18,846 nt of DNA, taken from the NCBI GenBank assembly GCA_049699855.1, contig JBNAWM010000016.1, forward strand, positions 1-18,846, in the 5' to 3' direction. The translations under genes and the position numbers were made by a program. This document shows positions 1-9,624 of the stretch, piece after piece. How positions within the stretch are numbered: position 1 is the first letter of the stretch; the number at the start of each line of letters is the position of its first letter. This DNA comes from Candidatus Cryosericum sp. GTDB taxonomy: Bacteria > Caldisericota > Caldisericia > Cryosericales > Cryosericaceae. The notes below the pieces were generated by a model that saw only the letters and a program-made list of their open reading frames with translations, had not been told where the DNA came from and ran no database searches.

Positions 1-2
1 CC

Positions 3-1730
<1,728 letters not shown>

Positions 1731-1746
1731 ATCACCAGGAGGTATC

Positions 1747-2043
1747 ATGTCAGCTATCATTGACGGGAAAACCCTAGAGCACGTCGCGTCACTCGCCCGC
1801 CTCGAGATCACCGAGGACCAGGAAAAGGAACTGCTAAACGATATGGAGAAGATCCTCGGGTACGTCGCCCAGCTCTCGGCGGTCGACACGGCCTCAGTCG
1901 GCAGCAAGCGGCCTGTGATGAGCGAACTGCGCTCCGATGAACCTGTGGAGGGGCTCAGCCGCGAGCAGGGACTTGGACAGGCGCCCGCTCTGCGGGACGG
2001 GTTTGTGGTCGTGCGCAATGTCATGGGAGGCGACGATGAATAG
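1747..2043 (+). CDS. gatC: Asp-tRNA(Asn)/Glu-tRNA(Gln) amidotransferase subunit C (98 aa)
   Basis: 3' part of ORF 1300..2043. ATG at 1747 follows SD AGGAGGT (1737-1743). Sequence HVASLARLEI...ILGYVAQL...LRSD...AP...GFVVV, directly upstream of gatA. Confidence 0.95.
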   Translation: MSAIIDGKTLEHVASLARLEITEDQEKELLNDMEKILGYVAQLSAVDTASVGSKRPVMSELRSDEPVEGLSREQGLGQAPALRDGFVVVRNVMGGDDE

Positions 2044-3457
2044 CGGCCTCCCCATGACCCTGGATCAGTACGTAACAGCCGTGCGGACGCATGCGCTGTC
2101 TCCGGGCGAATACCTGCAGGAGACCCGCAAGACGATCGACCGGAATGACCCACAGGTGAAGGCATTCCTGCACACGCGCCTCGACGCGGCCTTCTCTGAA
2201 GCGCAGGAAGCGGATGCTGCGTCTCCCCTTGCCGGTGCTCCCATCGCCGTCAAGGATAACATCATGATGAAGGGCGAGCGCTGCACGTGCGGTTCGCGCA
2301 TCCTCGAGCACTATGTCGCGCCCTACACGGCAACGGCGGTGCAGGCACTGCTTGGGGCGGGAGCCGTCGTGCCCGGCAAGACCAACCTCGACGAATTCGC
2401 CATGGGTTCATCGACAGAGAACTCGGCTTTCTTCCCAACGCACAACCCCGCCGACCCCTCGCGCGTGCCCGGAGGCTCCAGCGGCGGCTCGACCGCTGCT
2501 GTGGCGGCTGGTTTCGCCCTTGGAGCAATCGGTTCCGATACGGGAGGCTCAGTGCGCCAGCCCGCAGCATTCTGCGGAGTGATCGGCTTCAAGCCCACGT
2601 ACGGGCTTGTTTCGCGCTATGGCCTTGTTGCTTTCGGGTCCAGTCTCGACTGCATCGGCCCCATAACGCACAGTGTCCGGGACGCAGCGATCATGCTGGA
2701 CATCATGGCCGTCCACGATCCTCGGGATGCCACCAGTCTCCGACATACACCCATCAACTACGCAGCGTCGCTCTGGCCGACGCTTGCAGGTAAACGGATA
2801 GGCATGATCCGTCAGCTCCAGGGGCTGGAAGTCCAGCCCGAAATTGCCAGAGCAATGGACAGCGCGCGCGCTGCCGCCGTGCAGAGTGGGGCATCCGTCG
2901 TCGACGTCGATGTGCCGCATATCCTGTCTGCCCTCCCCGCCTACTACATCATCGCCCCCGCCGAGTGCTCCGCCAATCTCGGACGCTTCGATGGCGTTCG
3001 GTATGGCCTGCACATTGATGGACGGGACATGACGGAAACCTACAGCAAGACGCGCAACGCCGGATTCGGACCGGAGGTGAAGCGCCGCATCCTGGTCGGT
3101 GCCTTCGTGCTGTCAGCCGGCTACTATGATGCATACTACAGAAAAGCAACAGAGGTCCGACAGCTCATCACGGATGAGCTGGACGCTGCACTGCAGAAAG
3201 CCGACGTCCTGCTCACCCCGACTACGCCCACCACAGCCTTCAAACTGGGTGCCGTTACCGATCCTCTCGAAATGTACAAGGCGGACGTTTTCACGATTCC
3301 GGCGAATCTGGCGGGCCTGCCGGCCATCTCATTCCCGGCTGGCAAGGACGATGCGGGGCTCCCGATCGGGTTACAGCTCATGGGTCCACGGATGGGTGAC
3401 GCGGATGTGCTTTCGGCCGCCAATGTCCTGTTCACCGCCCTCGGAGGTGTATCATGA
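2036..3457 (+). CDS. gatA: Glu/Asp-tRNA amidotransferase subunit A (amidase, 473 aa)
   Basis: Amidase signature: AVKDN, GKTNLDEFAMGSSTE, PGGSSGGS, GSDTGGSVRQPA, RFDGVRYG, GYYDAYY. Start reassigned to ATG 2036 (SD GGGAGG 2025-2030), overlapping the gatC stop. Confidence 0.97.
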   Translation: MNSGLPMTLDQYVTAVRTHALSPGEYLQETRKTIDRNDPQVKAFLHTRLDAAFSEAQEADAASPLAGAPIAVKDNIMMKGERCTCGSRILEHYVAPYTATAVQALLGAGAVVPGKTNLDEFAMGSSTENSAFFPTHNPADPSRVPGGSSGGSTAAVAAGFALGAIGSDTGGSVRQPAAFCGVIGFKPTYGLVSRYGLVAFGSSLDCIGPITHSVRDAAIMLDIMAVHDPRDATSLRHTPINYAASLWPTLAGKRIGMIRQLQGLEVQPEIARAMDSARAAAVQSGASVVDVDVPHILSALPAYYIIAPAECSANLGRFDGVRYGLHIDGRDMTETYSKTRNAGFGPEVKRRILVGAFVLSAGYYDAYYRKATEVRQLITDELDAALQKADVLLTPTTPTTAFKLGAVTDPLEMYKADVFTIPANLAGLPAISFPAGKDDAGLPIGLQLMGPRMGDADVLSAANVLFTALGGVS

Positions 3458-4881
3458 CGACAACGATCGGTCTGGAAATCCATGTTCAGCTGGCAACCCG
3501 CACAAAGATGTTCTGCGGGTGTAGTACAGCCTTCGGTGACGAGCCAAACACACACATCTGCCCCGTCTGTCTTGGGCTCCCCGGAGCACTGCCCGTGCTC
3601 AATGCGGAAGCGGTTCAGCTTGCGACGCGGCTGGCCACGGCGCTGGGCTGCGAGGTGCACCCGGTGTCCGAGTTCTCGCGCAAGAACTACTTTTATCCCG
3701 ACCTTCCCAAGTCCTACCAGATTACTCAGTTCGACCGACCTATCGCAACAGGCGGATCACTTCCCATCACGACCGCGGCCGGCGAGCGCCGGGTCAGACT
3801 GACACGCGCGCACATCGAGGAAGATGCGGGCAAGTCCATGCATGCCGCGGACATCACCCGCGGCGGTGAGACGCTGGTCGACTTCAATCGTTGCGGGGTG
3901 CCTCTCATCGAGATCGTGACTGAGCCCGACCTGCAAAGCGGCGATGAAGCCTACGAGTTCCTGCGAGGCCTGCGCAGACTGGTGCGGTGGCTGGGGGTGT
4001 CTTCGGGTGACATGGAGAAGGGTGCCATGCGCTGCGATGTGAACATCTCGGTCAGCCCCGATCCTGCGCGCCGAGGCACCAAGGTCGAGATCAAGAATCT
4101 CAACAGTTTCCGCAGCGTCAAGCGCGCCATCGACTACGAGGAACAGCGGCAGGCCCAGTGCCTTGTCGATGGAACCCCGATCGTCATGGAGACGAGGCAC
4201 TTCGACGAGGTGCTTGGCACAACGACCGCAATGCGGAGCAAGGAAGCCAGCAACGACTATCGGTACTTCCCCGAGCCGGACCTTCCCCTGCTCAGCCTGG
4301 ACCCCGCACAACTGAAATCGGTGCGCGAGCACCAGCCCGAACTGCCCTGGGAGATGCAGGCACGCTTCGAGCGCGATCTTGGTCTTGCATCCTATGACGC
4401 CGCCCTCCTCACCGAGGAACGCTCGACGGCCGAGTTCTTCCTGCAGGTCCTGACCGTCTACAACAATCCTCGAAAGGCAGCCAGCTACATCGGAACAGAG
4501 GTGGCAAGACTGCTGAACGAGCGAGGCATGGCACTTGCGCAGACCAGGCTGACGCCTGAGGGGCTTGCCGGACTGCTGGCCATGGTCGAGAGCGGCGTAA
4601 TCAGCAACACGGCCTCCAAAGAGGTCCTGCCTCTGCTGCTCGACGAGGGCCTGACTCCTGCAGAAGCAGTGCAGAAACTCGGTCTGGAGCAGGTATCTGA
4701 CACGTCTGCCATCGAGGAGTTTGCTCGTCAGGTCATTGCCGAGAACGCTGTCCAGGTTCAGCAGTTCAAGAGCGGCAAGGAAGCAGTCCTTGGCTTCCTG
4801 GTCGGCCAGCTCATGAAGAAGAGCAAGGGAAAAGCAAATCCCAAGCTGGCGGGAGAGCTTCTGCGCAAGCTGCTGGGATAA
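3454..4881 (+). CDS. gatB: Glu/Asp-tRNA amidotransferase subunit B (475 aa)
   Basis: IGLEIHVQL, RKNYFYPDLPKSYQITQ, HIEEDAGK, VEIKNLNS, DYRYFPEPDL, YqeY-like tail GFLVGQLMKKSKGKANP. ATGA overlap with gatA; SD GGAGGTG 3443-3449. Confidence 0.98.
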   Translation: MTTTIGLEIHVQLATRTKMFCGCSTAFGDEPNTHICPVCLGLPGALPVLNAEAVQLATRLATALGCEVHPVSEFSRKNYFYPDLPKSYQITQFDRPIATGGSLPITTAAGERRVRLTRAHIEEDAGKSMHAADITRGGETLVDFNRCGVPLIEIVTEPDLQSGDEAYEFLRGLRRLVRWLGVSSGDMEKGAMRCDVNISVSPDPARRGTKVEIKNLNSFRSVKRAIDYEEQRQAQCLVDGTPIVMETRHFDEVLGTTTAMRSKEASNDYRYFPEPDLPLLSLDPAQLKSVREHQPELPWEMQARFERDLGLASYDAALLTEERSTAEFFLQVLTVYNNPRKAASYIGTEVARLLNERGMALAQTRLTPEGLAGLLAMVESGVISNTASKEVLPLLLDEGLTPAEAVQKLGLEQVSDTSAIEEFARQVIAENAVQVQQFKSGKEAVLGFLVGQLMKKSKGKANPKLAGELLRKLLG

Positions 4882-4886
4882 GTCAC

Positions 4887-4916
4887 GCGGGGATCCCCTG
4901 AGAGGGGGATCCCCGC
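4887..4916. terminator. Strong stem-loop between convergent gatB and aldo/keto reductase; probable terminator or 3'-end stabiliser
   Basis: GCGGGGATCCCC-T-GAGA-G-GGGGATCCCCGC: 12-bp perfect stem plus a T:G pair and a GAGA loop, starting 5 nt after the gatB stop. No canonical U-tract on either strand. Confidence 0.6.
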
Positions 4917-4957
4917 AACAAACAGAAACTACGCTTCAGCAACGGGAAACCTTCCTG

Positions 4958-5923
4958 CTAGCCGCCCAGCGCCTCATCAATTGCAGACATCGTTGCATCA
5001 TCCAGCGCGACATCCACTGCCTTGACGTTTTCCTCGATCTGCCCGGGCCGCGAGGCGCCGATGATGACGCTGCTGATCTCCCGGTGCGCAAGGATCCAGG
5101 CCAGGGCCAGTTGTGCCATGGTCATGCCGCGCTCGGTGGCGATTGCCTCCAGGCGCTCAACCCTGGCGAAGTTCTCGTCTGTCAAGTAGCGCTCCACAAA
5201 GTGGCCCACCCTGGGATCGGCGGCCCTGCTGCCTGGTGGCAGTTCCGCGCCCTTCTTGTACTTCCCCGTCAACACTCCCTCGGCCAGCGGACTGAAAACA
5301 GCCAGACCCAGCCCTTCCCGTGCGCACATTGCCATCACGTCCTTCTCGATGTACCTATTCAGCATGTTGTAGGAAGGCTGATTGATGGCAAGAGGATTCA
5401 GATGCAGCTGCCTGGCCGTGCTCTGCGCATCCAGAATCTGGGTCGCACTCCACTCGCTGACGCCCGCGTACAGGACCTTGCCCTGGTGAATCAGATCGTC
5501 CAGGGCGCGCATGACCTCGTCAACCGGCGTTTCGAGATCATAGCGGTGACAGTAGAAAATATCGACGTAGTCCGTGTTCAGTCGCTTCAGGCTGGCCTCA
5601 GCCTGCTCCATGATGTGCTTTCGTGACAGCCCACGGTCATTGGGTCCATCGCCCACAGGCCAGAAGGTTTTGGTGGCTAGCACATAGGAAGACCGGGGCA
5701 TGCCCCGGAGAGATTGTGCCAGCACCTCTTCCGCTGCGCCGGGGTGAGTCTGCCCAGCTCCGTAGACGTCGGCAGTATCGAAGTAGTTGATGCCCAGGTC
5801 ATACGCCTTCCTTACACATGCATCAGCCTGTTCCTGCCCATAGGCACCCCCGTACGTGAGCCAGCTGCCAAGGGCCACTTCACTGACCTTGATGCCGTAG
5901 CGACCTACCCTGCGATACTTCAT
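4958..5923 (-). CDS. Aldo/keto reductase (Kv-beta/Tas-like NAD(P)H oxidoreductase, 321 aa)
   Basis: LGSWLTYG, GINYFDTADVYG (catalytic D/Y), LATK (K), SLKRLNTDYVDIFYCHR (H), GVSEW, SPLAEGVLTGKY, QLALAWIL, IIGAS...QIEEN. SD AAGGAGG on the - strand at about 5928-5934. Confidence 0.95.
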   Translation of the reverse strand: MKYRRVGRYGIKVSEVALGSWLTYGGAYGQEQADACVRKAYDLGINYFDTADVYGAGQTHPGAAEEVLAQSLRGMPRSSYVLATKTFWPVGDGPNDRGLSRKHIMEQAEASLKRLNTDYVDIFYCHRYDLETPVDEVMRALDDLIHQGKVLYAGVSEWSATQILDAQSTARQLHLNPLAINQPSYNMLNRYIEKDVMAMCAREGLGLAVFSPLAEGVLTGKYKKGAELPPGSRAADPRVGHFVERYLTDENFARVERLEAIATERGMTMAQLALAWILAHREISSVIIGASRPGQIEENVKAVDVALDDATMSAIDEALGG

Positions 5924-6028
5924 ACATCCTCCTTGTTGTACTCGATTGGTGTCGTGAACTACCCTACCACAGCCGTCCGTGCAAGCATGAAGCGGGTCCC
6001 TCTGAACGTTCGTACCCCGAGGGCACCA

Positions 6029-9000
6029 TCAAGTGGCTTGGACGGGCGCCTTGTCATCCTCCAGCCTCAGCGACACGACCTTGGAGACGCCGCTTTCCTG
6101 CATGGTCACGCCATACAGCACATCAGCCGCCAGCATGGTCTCACGGTTGTGCGTCACGACCAGGAACTGCGAACCTTCCTGCTCCCGCAGGAGACGAGCA
6201 AACCGATGGACGTTGTCTTCGTCCAGCGCGTTGTCCACCTCGTCCAGCAAATAGAACAGGCTCGGACGGGCCTTGAACAGAGCAAACTGAAGGGCGGCTG
6301 CTGTCAGCACTTTCTCCCCTCCTGAGAGCAATTCCAGTGGCTGGCGCCTCTTGCCCGGGAGAACGACGTCGATGTCAATCCCCGTAAGCTCTCCATTCTC
6401 CTGGCGGACCAGCCGCGCCTCCCCTCCATCGAACATCTTGATGAAGTTTTCCTGGAAAGCCTTCTCGATCACGACAAATGTCTCCTCGAACAGGGTCGAA
6501 GCCCGCTGGTCCAGATCGTCGATCAGCGCCAGCAGCTTGCTTCTCGACTGAACGAGGTCATCATCCTGTTCCCTGAGCCGCGCGATGCGTTCGGCCAGCT
6601 GTTCGCTTTCGCCGATACTGGCCATGTTCACCGGCTCCAGAGCCGTCATGCTTCGGCGGATCTGGTCCATCTCGCTCTGCATCTGTTCCAGACCTGCTCC
6701 TGATTCGGGCCTGCCAGCAAGTTCGCTGAAGTCTTCGCGGACGGTGAACTGCTCCAGCTTGCCCTTTCCCTCGGCCAGCAGAACCTCCAGCTCGCGGACG
6801 CGGCCTTCAAGACGCGTGCGGCTTGCGCCGATGCCTTCGATTTCTGCTGCCAAGGTCGCCAGCTGCTCGTCCCTGTGACGCTTGTCAACCTCCAACTGGT
6901 CGATGCTCGCCTGGAGCGCGGCCAGCCCGTTGCCCTTTTCCTTGAACTGGGCATCCAGCAGGCTGATCCGCTGGTCGAGTGCAACTCGCTCTGCTCGCAC
7001 CCGCACCAAACCCTCCTGACAAGCCTTGATCTCCGTTGCAAGGCTGGCCAGCTGATCTTCGTAGGCCAGCTTCTTTTCGAGCAGTCCCTGGATTCTGCCC
7101 GAAACCGAGTTGTGACGGATCTGAAGTGCCTGCACGCGGTCCTTGCCCGTCAGCAGTTCCGCCTCGGCTCGCTGGCGGGTCCTGTCGGCCAACTCCTGAG
7201 CCTCACGCGCCTTTGCCAGCAGGCTCCTGCGCTCCGCAAGGGTCTCGCGGAGTGGAGCAATCTCCTTCTCGAGTTCCACGATGCGACTGCGTGCCGCTTC
7301 CAGCCGGCTGGCACGCTCATGCTCCACCGCACGCCGCCGCTCATCCTCCACGACCATGGCCTGGAGCCTTCCCTGCAGCTGCTTCAATTCGCGTTCAGCC
7401 TGTTGTATGCCTGCCAGCAGGGCGCTTCTCTTTGCGCGCGCAGAGACAACGACCTGTTTCTGCTCTTGTGCCTTCGCTGAGGCTGCCGACGCCTCCGATT
7501 CCAATCGCGACAGCTCCACCGAGTCCCTGCCCACAAACGAATGCTCGACAGAGCCCCGCAGGGCTCTCACCACAAAAGCGCTGTCGATGCAGAACCCATC
7601 CTCGGTGTAGACCTTGTAGAATCCGCGGGGATGCTCGCGGGCAACCTTCAGACCTTCTTCGAGCGATGCCGCAACAAACACTCTCCTCAACAGATCGGCG
7701 ACAACCGGCGGTGCATTTTTGAGGGCGATCTCGGCGAACACCGAAGTAACAGCCGGAGTCTCGCTCGGGGTGACTGCGGGGGCGTACCGCGTTCCGATGC
7801 TGGCTTGTCCGCTGGAGCGGACCAATGCAGCAAGCGCGTCGCAGGAGTCATCGCTGAGCCGCACCGCCAGCTCCTCTCGAAGCAGCTGCAGCAGCAATGG
7901 CCTGCGCTCGCCCAAGTCGACCACGTCAAGCATACGCCGGTCCGACGTTCCACCGCGTATCTGAGCCTCGAGGGTGGCCACGAATGCGGCCGCATTGCGA
8001 AGAGACGTCCGGTAGGACTCTGCCTGAGCAAGCTTCGCGCGGCTCTCTGCGTCCAGTACCTCTTGTCCCTGCTCACTCACCAGCACCTCGCGCGACGCCG
8101 TCTCAGACTGCAACCTGAGGTCATGAAGCCGTGCCTCGACCGCTTCCACCTGCTGGCGCAGGGCCTGCATGTGAGTCTCCGTCTCGCCATGCCCGTCGGG
8201 CTGGCCATCCGAATCGCCCTGATTGGCAGTTTTGCGCTTCTCTTCCAGTTCGTACTGCAGGGGGTTGAAGACGCCAAAAAGCTGGCGGACCTCCGCCTCG
8301 AGCCGCAGTACCTCGGCCTGGGATGCAGCGTGGTCCTTCCGCTTTCGCTCGATTCCACTCATCAGCTCCTCGTATGCCCGCTGCTCGGCAGCCAGCTCGG
8401 CACTCGCGTTCGCCTCTTCGGTCCTCAACTGATCGATGGTAACGGCTGTCTCTGATGCAAGGCGCGCGGTCTGCTGACGGCTTGCCTCCCAGTCCTGTTC
8501 CTGCCGCATCAGTCTCGATTCCTCTGCCGCCAGGTACTTGGCCTTCTCACGCATCGACACGAGTTCCTTTTCCAGCCGGTAGGCATCCTCCCGCGCCTCA
8601 CCCAGTGCGGCCGCCTTCTCCCGCAGGGCTGCCGCGACCTTGCGCTGAGCACTCTGAAGGTCATCATGAGCCGCCTGAGCCGTGCTGAGACTGCCGATGA
8701 CTTCGGCCATCTTGTCCTGAGCCTCCGCAAGCCGCGCGGTGGCGCGCTCCTGTTCGCGCAGAACCGAGCGGTATCGAGCATGGGCAATGTCCAGGTCCAG
8801 ATCATGGAGCCGCGCCTGGTAGCCTGCATATGTCCGTGCAGCCTGCGCCTGCATCTCCAGATGCTCGTAGTTGCCGCCAAGCTCGGCCAGCAGATCCTCG
8901 ACCCGTGCAATGTTGACGCGCGTCTCCTCCAATTTGATCAGCGTATCCTTCTTGCGCTGTTTGTATTCTGAAATGCCAGCCACCTCTTCAAACAGTGTTT

Positions 9001-9472
9001 TCCGCTCCTCCGGCTTCATGGTGAAAATGCGGCTCATCTCTCCCTGTCCGATAAAGGGATAGTGACGGAAACCAAGCCCCGTGGACATGAGCAACGCCTC
9101 CACGTCCCGAAGCTGGACGTTGTTCCCATCCACCAGGAAGTCGGATTCCTTGGAACGGAAGATGCGTCGCGCCACAGCCACCGTTTCACCCCCAGTGCCA
9201 AACAGATCGCCTGGGTTATTGAAGACGACTTCGGCCTCGGCATAACTGACGGGACGACGCGTTGCGCTGCCCGCGAAGATCAGGTCCAGCATCGACCGCG
9301 CCCTGAGCGTCCGCAGGTTCTGTTCGCACAGCGTCCACCGTAGTGCATCCACCAGGTTGCTCTTGCCGGACCCGTTGGGCCCGACGATGGCAATGATGGG
9401 ATATGACAGGTCCAGGGTGGTGCTCTGCTCAAAGGTTTTGAACCCCTGGATATGAAGAGATTTCAGATACAT
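6029..9472 (-). CDS. smc: Chromosome segregation protein SMC (1147 aa), divergent hinge
   Basis: MYLKSLHIQGFKTF start, Walker A GPNGSGKSN, Q-loop FIGQG, LFEEVAGI, two long coiled coils, PVNM, PGK, signature LSGGEK, Walker B/D-loop LLDEVDNALD, VVTH. True start ATG 9472 (SD GGAGG 9484-9488), not 9574. Confidence 0.95.
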   Translation of the reverse strand: MYLKSLHIQGFKTFEQSTTLDLSYPIIAIVGPNGSGKSNLVDALRWTLCEQNLRTLRARSMLDLIFAGSATRRPVSYAEAEVVFNNPGDLFGTGGETVAVARRIFRSKESDFLVDGNNVQLRDVEALLMSTGLGFRHYPFIGQGEMSRIFTMKPEERKTLFEEVAGISEYKQRKKDTLIKLEETRVNIARVEDLLAELGGNYEHLEMQAQAARTYAGYQARLHDLDLDIAHARYRSVLREQERATARLAEAQDKMAEVIGSLSTAQAAHDDLQSAQRKVAAALREKAAALGEAREDAYRLEKELVSMREKAKYLAAEESRLMRQEQDWEASRQQTARLASETAVTIDQLRTEEANASAELAAEQRAYEELMSGIERKRKDHAASQAEVLRLEAEVRQLFGVFNPLQYELEEKRKTANQGDSDGQPDGHGETETHMQALRQQVEAVEARLHDLRLQSETASREVLVSEQGQEVLDAESRAKLAQAESYRTSLRNAAAFVATLEAQIRGGTSDRRMLDVVDLGERRPLLLQLLREELAVRLSDDSCDALAALVRSSGQASIGTRYAPAVTPSETPAVTSVFAEIALKNAPPVVADLLRRVFVAASLEEGLKVAREHPRGFYKVYTEDGFCIDSAFVVRALRGSVEHSFVGRDSVELSRLESEASAASAKAQEQKQVVVSARAKRSALLAGIQQAERELKQLQGRLQAMVVEDERRRAVEHERASRLEAARSRIVELEKEIAPLRETLAERRSLLAKAREAQELADRTRQRAEAELLTGKDRVQALQIRHNSVSGRIQGLLEKKLAYEDQLASLATEIKACQEGLVRVRAERVALDQRISLLDAQFKEKGNGLAALQASIDQLEVDKRHRDEQLATLAAEIEGIGASRTRLEGRVRELEVLLAEGKGKLEQFTVREDFSELAGRPESGAGLEQMQSEMDQIRRSMTALEPVNMASIGESEQLAERIARLREQDDDLVQSRSKLLALIDDLDQRASTLFEETFVVIEKAFQENFIKMFDGGEARLVRQENGELTGIDIDVVLPGKRRQPLELLSGGEKVLTAAALQFALFKARPSLFYLLDEVDNALDEDNVHRFARLLREQEGSQFLVVTHNRETMLAADVLYGVTMQESGVSKVVSLRLEDDKAPVQAT

Positions 9473-9514
9473 GAACCGCGTGTCCTCCAACTCAAGAGAG
9501 TGGCGTACGTCGAA

Positions 9515-9542
9515 AGTATAGCCCGGTTCGCACCTGTGGCAA
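9515..9542 (-). promoter_or_regulatory. Putative sigma70-type promoter for smc
   Basis: On the - strand: TTGCCA (9537-9542), 16-nt spacer, TATACT (9515-9520), about 40 nt upstream of the smc ATG. Confidence 0.6.
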
Positions 9543-9567
9543 CGAGGCCTGAAGAGGCGCAGTTCAA

Positions 9568-9595
9568 TTGACAAGCATGCCCGTCAGCCTATACT
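9568..9595 (+). promoter_or_regulatory. Putative sigma70-type promoter for valS-folC
   Basis: Consensus TTGACA (9568-9573), 16-nt spacer, TATACT (9590-9595). SD GGAGG 9613-9617 and ATG 9625 follow. Confidence 0.8.
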
Positions 9596-9624
9596 GAAAC
9601 GACATGCTTGCTGGAGGTTCGCCC

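Noticed and set aside
5956..5984. TTGCAC-N17-TAGTTC as an AKR promoter on the - strand
   Set aside because: The -10 lacks the conserved final T and competes with another weak candidate; not supportable as a feature.
9473..9574. 34-aa N-terminal extension of SMC containing CHRC, as in the ORF track
   Set aside because: It overlaps both predicted promoters. The canonical SMC start MYLKSL has its own SD, so the extension is probably not translated.
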